Positions 27,588-38,439 are shown, numbered from the stretch's first letter. The stretch is 64,000 nt of DNA from Clostridia bacterium (GCA_022786605.1 JALFWW010000018.1:7558-71557); one strand, 5' to 3'. Made by a program: numbers and translations. The notes: a model not told the origin generated them from the sequence alone.

Positions 27588-27839
27588 CTATTCATCTCCC
27601 GCAAGAGGAAAAAAGGACGCAACGGATACGCCCAATATTCCGGCGATTTTGATCAGTTCATAATCCGCGATGAAACGCTCGCCTTTTTCCATGCGGCAAA
27701 TGGAATAGCGATCGATGGTAATGCCTTCCAACTGCAAAGCCCGGGACAACGCTGCCTGTGACATCTTTTTTTCCATACGAATTTTTCGGATTTGTTCCCC
27801 ACAGATATTTTTCTTCCCGTCATATTCGTATATCTTCAT
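27588..27839 (-). CDS. XRE-family HTH regulator
   Basis: IRKIRMEKKMSQAALS...ICRMEKGER...IAGILGVS. Confidence 0.85.
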   Translation of the reverse strand: MKIYEYDGKKNICGEQIRKIRMEKKMSQAALSRALQLEGITIDRYSICRMEKGERFIADYELIKIAGILGVSVASFFPLAGDE

Positions 27840-27865
27840 GGCTCATGGTCCCCCTCATTTTTTTC

Positions 27866-27914
27866 TTGACATTACCATGTGTTCTGCCTTATGATGTTGC
27901 TAAAGATGCAACAT
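27866..27914 (+). promoter_or_regulatory. promoter with palindromic operator (candidate XRE site)
   Basis: TTGACA 27866-27871, 18 bp, TATGAT 27890-27895; ATGTTGC-7-GCAACAT at 27894-27914. Confidence 0.55.
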
Positions 27915-27946
27915 TATGTATTTTGTATGAAAAGGAGAGGAAATCA

Positions 27947-28522
27947 ATGGAAACACCAAAAACAAAGAAATGCAAATTCTGTCAAAGCGACATCCCCCAA
28001 AAGGCATCTGTATGCCCCCAGTGCGGCAAAAAGCAAGGGGGCAAAGCAAAATGGATCATTGGGGTGATCGTTGTTTTGCTGATTTTTTCTGCCCTTGCCG
28101 GCGGCGGAGAAAAACCGGCATCTTCCGCCGGAGAAAATACACCTGTGGCGGAAAATAACACAGCGACAGAGCCTAGCCAAACAGAAGCAGAAGAAACCAC
28201 CCCTGTGGAAATCATGGAAATTTCTCCCGCGGAACTGCTGGCATCCTACGAAGCCAACGAAGTCAAAGGAGATTCTCTCTATGAAGGAAAAACCATGCGG
28301 CTCAGCGGCACAGTAGGTTCCATTGGCAAAGACATCGTGGAAGAAGTTTACATCACCTTTGCCGGGGAGGATTTTGCCATCACTTCTGTGCAGTGTTATT
28401 TCTCCGATGAAGCACAGATTGAAAAAGTCATGGAATTGCAGGAAGGGGATGCCATCACATTGGTTGGTGTTTGTGACGGCAAATTCGGCAACGTACTCAT
28501 CAAAGACTGTGTGTTTGAATAA
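27947..28522 (+). CDS. membrane-anchored zinc-ribbon/OB-fold (tRNA_anti-like) protein
   Basis: ATG 27947 after AGGAGAGG; CKFC...CPQC, one TM, YEANEVKGDSLYEGK OB-fold pattern. Confidence 0.75.
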   Translation: METPKTKKCKFCQSDIPQKASVCPQCGKKQGGKAKWIIGVIVVLLIFSALAGGGEKPASSAGENTPVAENNTATEPSQTEAEETTPVEIMEISPAELLASYEANEVKGDSLYEGKTMRLSGTVGSIGKDIVEEVYITFAGEDFAITSVQCYFSDEAQIEKVMELQEGDAITLVGVCDGKFGNVLIKDCVFE

Positions 28523-28579
28523 TGGCTGATATACAAAAAGTCGGAAATTCTTTTCAGAATTTCCGACTTTTTTATTTCT

Positions 28580-30262
28580 TTATACTTCCATGATGATGGG
28601 CAGGATCATAGGACTTCTCTTTGTTTTCTGCCAGATATAGTTTTTCAAAGTATCTTTGATGAGGTTCTTGATATAGTTCCAGCTGGTGATGTTCTTTTCC
28701 TCACATTCCTCCAAGGCTTTCATGACAACTTCTCTTGCGCCCTCCATAAGACCTTCGGATTCACGAACATAAACAAAACCACGGGAAATGATATCGGGAC
28801 CTGCCACAACCTGACCGGTTTCTTCCTCAATGGAAACCACAACCACCATCAAGCCGTCCTCGGACAGGTGTTTTCTGTCACGGAGCACGATGTTCCCAAC
28901 ATCGCCAACACCCAGACCATCTACCATGACCTGACCGGTAGGTACAGTGCCTGTGACTTTGGCTTCGTTTTTGGACAGTTCCAGCACATCCCCTAGTTTA
29001 TTGACGAAGATGTTCTTTTTATCCATACCCATACTCATAGCCAAATCTCTATGGCTGGACAGGTGCATATATTCCCCATGAACGGGCATGAAGAATTTGG
29101 GTTTTGTCAGAGCAAGCATGAGCTTCAGTTCTTCCTGACGAGCGTGACCGGAAACGTGGATGTCCTCGATACCGCCATATACCACATCCGCGCCTTTTTT
29201 CAGCAATTCGTTCACCACACGGATGACATTCTTTTCGTTGCCGGGGATGGCAGACGCGCTGATGATGATTTTATCATCGGGTTTTACGCTGACCTGTTTA
29301 TGTTCACTGTTGGCAATACGGGACAGAGCGGACATGGTTTCCCCCTGGCTGCCTGTAGTGATGATGACCAGCTGTTCATCCCGATAGTTTTTGATTTCGT
29401 TGATATCAATGAGGGTACGGGGCGGAACCCACAGATAATCCAGTTCAGACGCTGTTTTTACGGCGTTTACCATACTTCTGCCGATGATGGCAACCTTTCT
29501 GCCATACATGTACGCCGCGTTGATGATCTGCTGGATACGGTGGATATTAGAGGAGAATGTGGCAACCATGATGCGGTTTCTGGGGGTTTCCTCAAAAATC
29601 CGTTCAAATACCTTACCTACATTCTTTTCCGACATGGTAAAGCCTTTGCGTTCCGCATTGGTGCTGTCGCTCATGAGGAGCAGTACACCCTGACTGCCCA
29701 GTTCCGCAAAACGCTGCAAGTCGATGATGTCCCCGTCGATGGGTGTATAGTCCACCTTAAAGTCCCCAGTATGGATGACCATACCCACAGGTGTCTGGAT
29801 TGCCAGTGCCACAGAGTCGGCGATGGAATGGTTTGTGTGGATGAATTCCACCACCATTTCCCCCAGCTTCACTTTTTCGCCGGGCACAACGGTATGCAGT
29901 GTGGTCTTATCCAGCATTTTATGCTCTCTGAGTTTGTTTTCCAACAGCCCCAGTGTCAGCAGTGTGCCGAATACAGGCACTTTCAGTTGTTTCAGCACAT
30001 AAGGCAGTGCGCCGATGTGGTCTTCGTGACCGTGAGTCAGCACGATGCCTCTGATTTTTTCTACGTTCTTTGCCAAATAGGTAATGTCTGGAATGACCAG
30101 GTCAATGCCCAGCATATCATCCTCGGGGAACGCCAGGCCACAGTCGATGATGATGATATCGTTGCCGTATTCCAGTACGGTCATATTCTTCCCGATCTCT
30201 TCCAGACCGCCCAAAGCGATGACTTTCAGCCTTGTTTTGGGCTTGGATCTTCTGTTTGCCAA
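28580..30262 (-). CDS. rnj: ribonuclease J
   Basis: LGGLEEIGKN, THGHEDHIG, HTGDFK, HVSGHA, PVHGE; TTG start after GGAGG. Confidence 0.96.
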   Translation of the reverse strand: MANRRSKPKTRLKVIALGGLEEIGKNMTVLEYGNDIIIIDCGLAFPEDDMLGIDLVIPDITYLAKNVEKIRGIVLTHGHEDHIGALPYVLKQLKVPVFGTLLTLGLLENKLREHKMLDKTTLHTVVPGEKVKLGEMVVEFIHTNHSIADSVALAIQTPVGMVIHTGDFKVDYTPIDGDIIDLQRFAELGSQGVLLLMSDSTNAERKGFTMSEKNVGKVFERIFEETPRNRIMVATFSSNIHRIQQIINAAYMYGRKVAIIGRSMVNAVKTASELDYLWVPPRTLIDINEIKNYRDEQLVIITTGSQGETMSALSRIANSEHKQVSVKPDDKIIISASAIPGNEKNVIRVVNELLKKGADVVYGGIEDIHVSGHARQEELKLMLALTKPKFFMPVHGEYMHLSSHRDLAMSMGMDKKNIFVNKLGDVLELSKNEAKVTGTVPTGQVMVDGLGVGDVGNIVLRDRKHLSEDGLMVVVVSIEEETGQVVAGPDIISRGFVYVRESEGLMEGAREVVMKALEECEEKNITSWNYIKNLIKDTLKNYIWQKTKRSPMILPIIMEV

Positions 30263-30536
30263 AAAACACACCTCCTTTTTATCGTTTTATGTAATCCATT
30301 TCTAAAAGTTAGTATGGCGTAAAAAAGTCCGATTTAAACACAAAAACAAAACCTGTCTTTCTTTCCTTTTTCAGACAAGCACAAAAAGAGCAGGCAATCC
30401 TGTCCTTCTCCGAAAAACAATTCACGACCCATTTTTCTGCAAAGGCAGGTTTCTGCTTTTTCGTTTCTGTTCGCTTTTTTATCCGCACATATATTGAAAA
30501 GGGTGTCGGTCAGCCGTCCACCCTGTCCATTCCAAA

Positions 30537-30842
30537 TCAGTCGTCGATGGAAACTTCGTAATCTTCGCCTTTCTGGGCAAAAAGTTCTGCCACACGGTCA
30601 AATTCCGCGTCGTCTTCCACCATTTCGTATGTGATGTCGTTGGCGTCGATTGCCACTTCTTTGAGGATCAAAGCCTGTGTTTCGTCCTCGTCCATTTTTT
30701 CTGTTTCTACCACCAGCAGATAACGGTCTGTGCCGCTGGCTACATTATCAATAATGGAAAATTCCACATCTGTGCCATCCTCGTCGGTCATGGTCACGAT
30801 TTCAAATTCCAGTTCTTCTGCTTCTTCAAAAATATCGCTCAT
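30537..30842 (-). CDS. DUF1292 protein
   Basis: Acidic, IVTMTDEDG...F pattern; conserved position after ruvX. Confidence 0.8.
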   Translation of the reverse strand: MSDIFEEAEELEFEIVTMTDEDGTDVEFSIIDNVASGTDRYLLVVETEKMDEDETQALILKEVAIDANDITYEMVEDDAEFDRVAELFAQKGEDYEVSIDD

Positions 30843-30868
30843 GTTCTTCTCCGTTTCTTTCTGGGGGC

Positions 30869-31291
30869 TTACTGTTTGCTGTCCAGATACCCCTGCAAAA
30901 TGTGTACTGCCGCCATTTTGTCAATGACGCTCTTTCTTTTATCGTGGCTCAGGTCTGCCATGCGCAGGGCACGCTCCGCCGCAATGGTGCTGAAGCGCTC
31001 GTCCCAGAGCACCACAGGGATTTTGGGGAATCTGCCTTTGATTTTCGCCTCAAAGACCTTTGTTTTCTCGCACCGCTCCCCTTCGGAGTTATCCAGATTT
31101 TTGGGATAGCCCAAAACGATGGTATCCACCTGATACTGTTCGATGATTTCTGCCAGACGGCGCATGCATTTTTTAAATTCCTGGGGGTTATCCCGCTTGA
31201 TGATTTCCACGCCCTGTGCTGTCCAGCCCAAGGGATCGCTCACTGCCACGCCGATGGTCTTGTCACCGAAGTCCAAACCTAATATACGCAA
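30869..31291 (-). CDS. ruvX: YqgF/RuvX pre-16S rRNA nuclease
   Basis: LGLDFGDKTIGVAVSD, WDERFST, IDKMAAVHILQGYLD. Confidence 0.95.
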   Translation of the reverse strand: MRILGLDFGDKTIGVAVSDPLGWTAQGVEIIKRDNPQEFKKCMRRLAEIIEQYQVDTIVLGYPKNLDNSEGERCEKTKVFEAKIKGRFPKIPVVLWDERFSTIAAERALRMADLSHDKRKSVIDKMAAVHILQGYLDSKQ

Positions 31292-31306
31292 ATCGATGCC
31301 TCTTTC

Positions 31307-31570
31307 TTACTCGTTTCTGTCCAGATAATCTTTTACCAATTCTTCCAGCAGTTCATCACGTTCCAGTTTACGGATCATGGCTCTGGCGTTGAGATAGCTG
31401 GTGATATAAGTGGGGTCACCGGAAAGGATGTAGCCCACGATCTGGTTGACAGGGTTGTAGCCCTTCTCCCGCAGTGCCGTGCTGACGGAAATCAGGATTC
31501 TTTTTGCTTCATTTTCGGGTTCCTTGCCCGTTCTGCCGAAATATTGTGTTTCATTGATGTTATTGCTCAT
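31307..31570 (-). CDS. IreB/ReoM (UPF0297) regulatory phosphoprotein
   Basis: [33 protein letters not shown]. Confidence 0.92.
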   Translation of the reverse strand: MSNNINETQYFGRTGKEPENEAKRILISVSTALREKGYNPVNQIVGYILSGDPTYITSYLNARAMIRKLERDELLEELVKDYLDRNE

Positions 31571-31698
31571 GTGTATCACGCTCCGTTCCACAGCACATGC
31601 TTGCTGCCTACAAACAAATTCTATTCTTCCATGATAATATAAACCAGAACGGATTGCAACCGTTCTTTCCTTACATAAATATTACAAAAAATGGGATA

Positions 31699-32997
31699 TT
31701 ATGCCTCCACTTCGCCAAAAGCCATTTCTTCCGCCACAGAGAGAATTTTGGTATCCGCAATGACGTTAGACAGGTCTTTTGTGCTTCTTGCGTGGACTTT
31801 CATATAGTTTGTGGTATGTCCCTCATAGACATCGTCCCCAATGCACCGTTCAAAGAGAACGGGCATGACCTTGCCCACATGGTTCTGCAAAAAGGCGTCT
31901 GTCATGCGGTCGCTGACGGTGATCAGGTCGTGGCTCCGCGCCTGTTTCACAGCGTTTTGCAGCTGATCTTTTCTTGCCGCCGCAGGGGTGCCTTTCTTGG
32001 GGGAATACGGGAATACATGGATTTTGGAAAAGCCGATTTCTTCCGCAAAAGCACGGCTTGCCTGATAATCCTCCTCTGTTTCCCCAGGGAAGCCCACGAT
32101 GATATCTGTGGTGATTGCCACATCGGGCAGATATTTCCGCAGGAGGGCTGCCGCCTGACGATATTTTTCTGTATCGTATTTGCGGTTCATTTCCTTCAAA
32201 GTCTTGTCACAGCCGCTCTGGAGGGACAAATGGAAATGGTCGCAAACCTTGGGCAGTTCCGCCATAGCCGCCGCAAATTCCTCTGTCACCACATTGGGTT
32301 CAATGGAACTGAAACGGATGCGTTCAATGCCTTCCACCTCATGTACCTGACGGATGATATCTGTGAGGGTAATGGTTTTCAAGTCCTTGCCGTAACTTGC
32401 CACATGGATGCCGGTGAGCACCACTTCTTTGAAGCCGTTTTCCGCCAGACGTTTTACTTCCGCGATCACGTCCTCTGGCTGACGGCTGCGGATAGGGCCT
32501 CTGGCATAAGGAATGATACAGTAGGAACAGAACTGGCTGCATCCGTCCTGAATTTTCAGATACGCTCTGGTGCGGTTTGCCAGTTTCTTGATTTCCAAGG
32601 GTTCAAAAACACGTTCGTGCATAATGTCTGTTACATAATTCTGCACGCCCTGTTCTGCCTCATAGTCTTCCACCAATTCCACGATTTTACTCTTATCCTT
32701 GGTGCCAATAACCAGGTTCACACCATGTACCGCCGCCAGTTCTTCCGGCGCAGTCTGGGCATAACAGCCCACAACAGCCACAATGGCGTTTTCGTTCTGG
32801 CGTTTTACCTTACGGATGAGCTGACGGGATTTCTTATCCCCGAAATTTGTCACCGTACAGGTGTTGATGATATATACATCTGCCTCATCGTCTACGGAAA
32901 CCACTTCATAGCCCTTTTCCGCGAACAGTTCGGCGATGGCTTCGCTTTCATACTGATTGACTTTACACCCTAAGGCGTAGCTCGCTATCTTCTTCAT
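31699..32997 (-). CDS. mtaB: tRNA t6A37 methylthiotransferase
   Basis: LGCKVNQYES, NTCTVT, CSQFCSYC radical SAM motif, C-terminal TRAM domain. Confidence 0.93.
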   Translation of the reverse strand: MKKIASYALGCKVNQYESEAIAELFAEKGYEVVSVDDEADVYIINTCTVTNFGDKKSRQLIRKVKRQNENAIVAVVGCYAQTAPEELAAVHGVNLVIGTKDKSKIVELVEDYEAEQGVQNYVTDIMHERVFEPLEIKKLANRTRAYLKIQDGCSQFCSYCIIPYARGPIRSRQPEDVIAEVKRLAENGFKEVVLTGIHVASYGKDLKTITLTDIIRQVHEVEGIERIRFSSIEPNVVTEEFAAAMAELPKVCDHFHLSLQSGCDKTLKEMNRKYDTEKYRQAAALLRKYLPDVAITTDIIVGFPGETEEDYQASRAFAEEIGFSKIHVFPYSPKKGTPAAARKDQLQNAVKQARSHDLITVSDRMTDAFLQNHVGKVMPVLFERCIGDDVYEGHTTNYMKVHARSTKDLSNVIADTKILSVAEEMAFGEVEA

Positions 32998-33803
32998 AGT
33001 TCTCCTTCTATGGTCAGACCCGTCAGTCGGCAAATGGTGTCGACAACGGCGCCGTTGTTATTATTTCCTGCCACAAAACGGGCTCTTTCTTTCACGCCGT
33101 TCATAGCGTTTTCCATGGCATAGCTGTAATAAGCCTGATCGAACATTTCCACGTCATTGAACTGGTCGCCGAATACCAATGTTTCTTCCGGCAAAATGCC
33201 CCACATTTCCTGCAAGGCTGCCAATGCACTGCCTTTCGTAACTCCTTTGATTCCCGTATCCAGACAAGCGTCACCGGAAATGACCAGCGTCATTTCCTCC
33301 GGCAGCTGGGGATACATGGCGTCATAGCAGGACTGTGTGGTGCTGTTTCCGTAAACCATGAGGGAAACCTTTGTAACGCCATCTGTCATTTTATACAGGT
33401 CGTCCACCAATTCACAGTCGTAATGGAATTTGGGGCTGACAAGAAGGTCATGTACCTCCTGACTTGTGGTATAACAGCAATATTTGGCACAGACAAGCCC
33501 CTCTGTTTCCGGTAATTTTTCTATAATATCCAGACTATGGGCGATCTGTTTCTCGTTCATACCTTTGAAATACAGTTCTTTTCCGTCCTGCACCACAAAA
33601 GCACCGTTTTCCGCAATGACAGTGATCTCCGGCAAATGCTCCTGAAAATCCCGTGCCAATGAGGGGTATTGTCTGCCGCTTGCCACCACAAAGCGGATGC
33701 CTTTCTCCCGCATTTTGGGCAAAAGGCTGTAAATGCGTTTATCTATGTGTTTCTCGTCGTTCAATAAAGTGCCGTCCATGTCGGACACAATGAGTTTGAT
33801 CAT
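32994..33803 (-). CDS. Cof-type HAD-IIB hydrolase
   Basis: SDMDGTLL, ASGR, KGSAL, FGDQFNDVEM. Confidence 0.92.
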   Translation of the reverse strand: MIKLIVSDMDGTLLNDEKHIDKRIYSLLPKMREKGIRFVVASGRQYPSLARDFQEHLPEITVIAENGAFVVQDGKELYFKGMNEKQIAHSLDIIEKLPETEGLVCAKYCCYTTSQEVHDLLVSPKFHYDCELVDDLYKMTDGVTKVSLMVYGNSTTQSCYDAMYPQLPEEMTLVISGDACLDTGIKGVTKGSALAALQEMWGILPEETLVFGDQFNDVEMFDQAYYSYAMENAMNGVKERARFVAGNNNNGAVVDTICRLTGLTIEGEL

Positions 33804-34375
33804 ACTTCCTGCCTCTTTGTGATAATATCATTGATGCGGAAAAACAGGGGCAGAATCTCCATGGCAACATCGGCTTCTTTGCCGGAAAGCCAGATGAGGT
33901 ATTCCCGAAGGGATTCCCACTTTTTGCTTCTGGGAACCACTTGGGCACAGATTTCTTCCATTTCGTCCAGCTTCATCATGATTTCTTCTTTTTCCCTGGC
34001 GGGCAGGTCTGCCATGCCCAGAGAAATGCGGACAGAGGTAAAGTCCGCGCTGTAGTCGATGTCTTTCTGCTCCTTGCGGATATAGTATTCCATGAGTCCT
34101 TCGTTGGAATAACCGTTATCCCGAAAGGCTTCCAGCCGTTCCATGAGATGGCAGATATTCTTCCGGTAGACTTCCGCCATATCGGCGCAATCCTCCCGAT
34201 CCTGAATGACCCACAAGTCTTCGTCAAAGCCGTCTATTTTTCCGTCATAGTGCTGCAGCAGCAGTTGAAACAATTCGCCCAGTTTTTCCTTGTCATGGGA
34301 ATAGGATTCCCAAATTTCCTGACTATGCCGCAAATCTTCCTCGATCAATGCCCGCAAGTCTTTCTCCTCGTTCAT
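33800..34375 (-). CDS. hypothetical protein
   Basis: Start MNEEK after AAGGGCGG; overlaps the HAD gene start; no recognised motif. Confidence 0.7.
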   Translation of the reverse strand: MNEEKDLRALIEEDLRHSQEIWESYSHDKEKLGELFQLLLQHYDGKIDGFDEDLWVIQDREDCADMAEVYRKNICHLMERLEAFRDNGYSNEGLMEYYIRKEQKDIDYSADFTSVRISLGMADLPAREKEEIMMKLDEMEEICAQVVPRSKKWESLREYLIWLSGKEADVAMEILPLFFRINDIITKRQEV

Positions 34376-34582
34376 ACTGCCACCGCCCTTCTTACAAAAA
34401 ACAATATGCTTCCAGTATTCAGTATAACAAATGGCGAAAGCCTTTGCAAGCAAGGTGCCTGCCAAAAAAACCTACGGTTTTCCTATTTTTTCTCACAAAT
34501 TGCCCTTAAAAAATGCCATTCCAAAAGAAAAAAACCGGAAATCCCCTTTTGTTCAGGGAAATTCCGGTTTTGCTTTTCAGAC

Positions 34583-35047
34583 TTATTCTTCGTCTTCGTC
34601 GTCATCGTCAATGATAACGACCATACCGCCCATGCGTTTGTTCAGTTCTTTTCTTGTGATCTTGATGATGTTGGGCACCACACCGTCGGGCTGTTCGTCA
34701 ATGTAGTAAGGACCTTCCTTATCGCAGTCGTTCTCATCCATCCAACCGCTGAAGAAGGAAATGATGGAGCGCATGATTTCCACGCTGTGACCCCAGTAAT
34801 CCAGATCCAGGAAGATCAGACGTTTCTTTTCACCTGTCTTGGAGAATTTACGGCTTTTGTAGATCATGGAGAACAGACGTCTTTCCTCGCCCTTATAAGT
34901 GAAGTAAACAGCCATTTCGTTGCTTTCACCGAAACGGTTTTCATAACGGTTTACCTTTGCTTCGGGGTCGAAATATCTCAGGATAAAACGGTAAATCTGT
35001 TCCAGTTCGATTTCTTTTGTGATGTAACCATGTGTCTTTGCTGTCAT
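34583..35047 (-). CDS. hypothetical protein
   Basis: 154-aa ORF with RBS, followed by a hairpin; acidic tail. Confidence 0.75.
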   Translation of the reverse strand: MTAKTHGYITKEIELEQIYRFILRYFDPEAKVNRYENRFGESNEMAVYFTYKGEERRLFSMIYKSRKFSKTGEKKRLIFLDLDYWGHSVEIMRSIISFFSGWMDENDCDKEGPYYIDEQPDGVVPNIIKITRKELNKRMGGMVVIIDDDDEDEE

Positions 35048-35293
35048 GGAGTTTCCACCCTTTCTTTTTGCTGTTTATATGAAATTTGTTTGTATACAAA
35101 ATATTTCCTTTCCCTTGCATTATACATAACTCCCAGCCCCCTGACAATAGGTATACATTCAGAAATAACATAGAAATTCCGCCATGATTTTTGTTCAATT
35201 TTCAATGCTTCGCTTCTTTGTACGGACAGAAAAACAAAAAGGAGAAGTTCTTCCAAAAAGAATGACTTCTCCCCCTTAATTTTATAGAAAAAT

Positions 35294-35998
35294 TTAGTTT
35301 TTCATAGCCGCGATCATGGTTTCCGTCAGCAGGCTGCTGCGCTGTGCCGCCATGACGCAGAATTCATCGAAGGACATGCCAGCGTCCTCATTGGCGCTGT
35401 CAGAAATGGCACGGATGATGAGGAACGGAATCCGGTTCAGCCAGCAGGCATGGGCAATGGCAGCCCCTTCCATCTCCGCGCAGTCTCCTTTGACATTCTT
35501 ACGGATTCTGTTTCTGCCTTCTTCCGTGGCAATAAACTGATCGCCGCTTGCCACACGTCCGGTGATGATGCGGCAGTCCAGACCGCATGTTTTTGCCGCT
35601 TCCTTTGCCAGTTCCACAAGGGCTTCATCGGCTTTGAAACAGCTTTCCGCCATACGTGGGATCACGCCGATGGGATCGCCGAAAGCGGATGTATCCATAT
35701 CATGCTGCATGGCATCCACGGAAATGAGGATATCCCCCACATGCAGTTCGGGAGAAAGACCGCCTGCCACACCTGTGTTGATGATATAATCCACGCCGAA
35801 ATGGTCGATCATTGCCTGTGTGCAGACAGCGGCGTTGACTTTGCCGATGCCGCTTTTGACCAATACCACGTTATTCCCTTCGTAACGTCCCACATAATAG
35901 GTCAATCCAACGACACTTTTGGTGGTGACGATTTCCATTTTTTCCCGCAGAAACGAAATTTCTTCTTCCATAGCGCCGATGATGCCGATTGTTCTCAT
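35294..35998 (-). CDS. mtnN: MTA/SAH nucleosidase
   Basis: IGIIGAMEEE, SGIGKVNAA, SGDQFI, EMEGAAIA, RAISD. Confidence 0.95.
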   Translation of the reverse strand: MRTIGIIGAMEEEISFLREKMEIVTTKSVVGLTYYVGRYEGNNVVLVKSGIGKVNAAVCTQAMIDHFGVDYIINTGVAGGLSPELHVGDILISVDAMQHDMDTSAFGDPIGVIPRMAESCFKADEALVELAKEAAKTCGLDCRIITGRVASGDQFIATEEGRNRIRKNVKGDCAEMEGAAIAHACWLNRIPFLIIRAISDSANEDAGMSFDEFCVMAAQRSSLLTETMIAAMKN

Positions 35999-36205
35999 AT
36001 ATGTTCACTCCTATTCTGATTTTCTTTCCAAATCATAGACATTTTTTTCATCATACCATACATTTCCGACATAATTCAAGAACCCCCATCCGTTCCTTAT
36101 CGCTTTTTTTGCGTTTTTCTGACACCCCCTTTCCCATCCGCTGGCAGTTGCAAAACATCCCCGCCTTTTGTATACTGTAAAAGAACAGAGAAAGGGTGTG
36201 ACAAC

Positions 36206-36913
36206 ATGCAAAAACCCATCATCGGCATCACGCCGGACTATTCCTACGAAAAAACAAGATTCAAAATCAGCGAGGACTATACCAATGCCCTGCAAAAAGC
36301 CGGGGCTGTCCCTGTACTGCTGTTCCCCGGAGAAGAATTTCCCGACTTTGTAGACGGCATCCTCTTTACAGGGGGCGGAGATATTGACCCCCTGCTTTTT
36401 GGGGAAGAACCCATCCGGCAGAATGGACAGATTTCGCCCCTACGGGACGAATATGAGCTTTCCCTCTGCAAAGAAGCCATGAAGCGGGATATGCCCCTTT
36501 TTGGCGTTTGCCGGGGCATGCAGATCATGAACATCACAGCCGGCGGCGGCATCTATCAGGATATCGAGGTACAGACCGGCACCACTCTTAAGCATAGTCA
36601 GCAGGCGCCTCGTTCCTATGCCACCCACAGCATTGCCGTGCTGCCCGGCAGTCTGCTGGAAAAACTCTGGCGAACCTCAAAGATCGCTGTCAATTCCCTG
36701 CACCATCAGGCAGTATCCTTTCTGGGAAAGGGCTTTCACGCCTGTGCCCGCAGCGCTGACGGCTTGACAGAAGCCATGGAAATGCCGGAAAAAGATTTTG
36801 TGCTGGGTGTCCAGTGGCACCCGGAAGCCATGCATACAAAAGAACAGGAAGCCCTTTTCAGCCACTTTGTCCAAGCGGCTTCCCGTTACCATGAAAGGAG
36901 GACTGCACCATGA
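36206..36913 (+). CDS. gamma-glutamyl-gamma-aminobutyrate hydrolase family (peptidase C26)
   Basis: TGGGDIDP, GVCRGMQ, VNSLHHQAV, VQWHPE. Confidence 0.92.
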   Translation: MQKPIIGITPDYSYEKTRFKISEDYTNALQKAGAVPVLLFPGEEFPDFVDGILFTGGGDIDPLLFGEEPIRQNGQISPLRDEYELSLCKEAMKRDMPLFGVCRGMQIMNITAGGGIYQDIEVQTGTTLKHSQQAPRSYATHSIAVLPGSLLEKLWRTSKIAVNSLHHQAVSFLGKGFHACARSADGLTEAMEMPEKDFVLGVQWHPEAMHTKEQEALFSHFVQAASRYHERRTAP

Positions 36914-37833
36914 TTTCACATCTTCCTGCCATACTGCTTCAGGCTGCCACAGTGGCAGATACAATGGATATCGGTGAGCAGGTGGAAAAAACACTGACTG
37001 CCACGGAAAAACTGCTGGAAGCAGCCACAGACGCAGGTTTCGTGCTCTTGAAAATCATCATCACCTTCGCCGCCTGCTGGTTCCTGATCCGCATCATCAA
37101 CCATCTCATGCGGAAATTCTTCGCGGCACAGACCAAAAAACAGCGTCTTGCCATGACCCAGCGGAAAGCCAAAACACTGAACTCCATCACATCCAGTGTG
37201 GTGAAATACGTCATCTACTTCATTGGTATTTTCACTGTCCTGACATTCATCGGCGTAGACCCCAAATCCATGCTGGTGGTTGCCAGCGCCGGCTCTGTTG
37301 CCATCGGTCTGGGCGCCCAGAGTGTGGTAACGGATATGCTGGAAGGATTTTTCATCCTTTTTGAGGACCATTACGCCGTGGGGGACATCGTTACCATCCA
37401 GAATATCACTGGTACGGTGGAAAGCGTTACCCTGCGCTCCACCAAAATCCGTGATCCTCAGGGCTGTGTCCATATCATCCCCAACGGTTCTGTGGGCACT
37501 GTCACCAACATGTGCCGGGAATTCATCAATGCCGTTGTCACCGTAGGTGTTTCCTATGACGCCAGCATCGACCATGTGCTGGAAATCCTGCGGGACGAAA
37601 TGGAACTGACAAAAGACATGGAGGATATTCTGGAAACACCTGTCATCGTGGGCGTGACTGGGCTGGATGATTCCGCTGTCACTGTAAAAATCGTGGCAAA
37701 ATGCCGCGTGAAAACAAATATTTCCGTAGAAGCAGAGCTGCGCCGCCGCATCAAAAACCGACTGGACAAAGAAGGCATCGAAATCCCCTTCCCCCAGCGC
37801 ACCCTGCACATCGTACAGCAAAAGGAGGGATAA
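36910..37833 (+). CDS. small-conductance mechanosensitive channel (MscS family)
   Basis: AIGLGAQ, VGDIV, GTVESVTLRST, IIPN, IEIPFPQR. Confidence 0.93.
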   Translation: MISHLPAILLQAATVADTMDIGEQVEKTLTATEKLLEAATDAGFVLLKIIITFAACWFLIRIINHLMRKFFAAQTKKQRLAMTQRKAKTLNSITSSVVKYVIYFIGIFTVLTFIGVDPKSMLVVASAGSVAIGLGAQSVVTDMLEGFFILFEDHYAVGDIVTIQNITGTVESVTLRSTKIRDPQGCVHIIPNGSVGTVTNMCREFINAVVTVGVSYDASIDHVLEILRDEMELTKDMEDILETPVIVGVTGLDDSAVTVKIVAKCRVKTNISVEAELRRRIKNRLDKEGIEIPFPQRTLHIVQQKEG

Positions 37834-37836
37834 ACC

Positions 37837-38031
37837 ATGCAGTTTTCTGTTGGCGACATCGTACAAATGAAAAAAGATCACCCCTGTGGCTCCAACCAGT
37901 GGGAAATCCTGCGGACGGGCATTGATTTCCGTATCAAATGCTGCGGCTGCGGGCATATGGTCATGCTGCCTCGGGTGAAGTTTGAAAAAAATGTGAAAAA
38001 GATCATCACCCCCGCAAAGCCGGAGGAATAA
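37837..38031 (+). CDS. DUF951 protein
   Basis: MKKDHPCGSNQWEILRTGIDFRIKC. Confidence 0.9.
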   Translation: MQFSVGDIVQMKKDHPCGSNQWEILRTGIDFRIKCCGCGHMVMLPRVKFEKNVKKIITPAKPEE

Positions 38032-38160
38032 AAAAACAGACAGCTTTCTGAAAGCTGATTCCCCTTAAGAAAACATTGCATTCCTTTTTGTTGATTTCTT
38101 AAGGGGAATTGCGACGGCTATCTTCAGAAGAAAACATATCAAATAAAATCTCAATATCAT

Positions 38161-38227
38161 AAGAAAGCCGGAATCCTTTATCATCATAAGGATTTCGGCT
38201 TTCTTTGTTTTCTTATGAAGATGCCCC
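38161..38227. repeat. dispersed palindromic intergenic repeat, copy B
   Basis: One mismatch in the hairpin core against the copy at 8872-8938; same tail. Confidence 0.75.
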
Positions 38228-38439
38228 TAATAGAAAGCTGTCTTTGTTTTTTCGGAAAACCGCCATTTTCCGCCATATTCTGACAATGAGAAATGAAACC
38301 GTTACATTCTGTCACAGACAGTTCTTTTTTCTTCCACAATGCTGTATTTTTATTTAATAAAAATGTAAGGATTCTTTTCGGGTAATGTAAAATTTGGAGC
38401 ATATACTGTTTCCATACAATGATTTTGAGGTGACATAAC

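Noticed and set aside
33800-35047. Two hypothetical proteins as a toxin-antitoxin or defence pair
   Set aside because: Separated by about 200 bp containing a hairpin, no recognisable nuclease or toxin motifs, and the first is coupled to housekeeping genes
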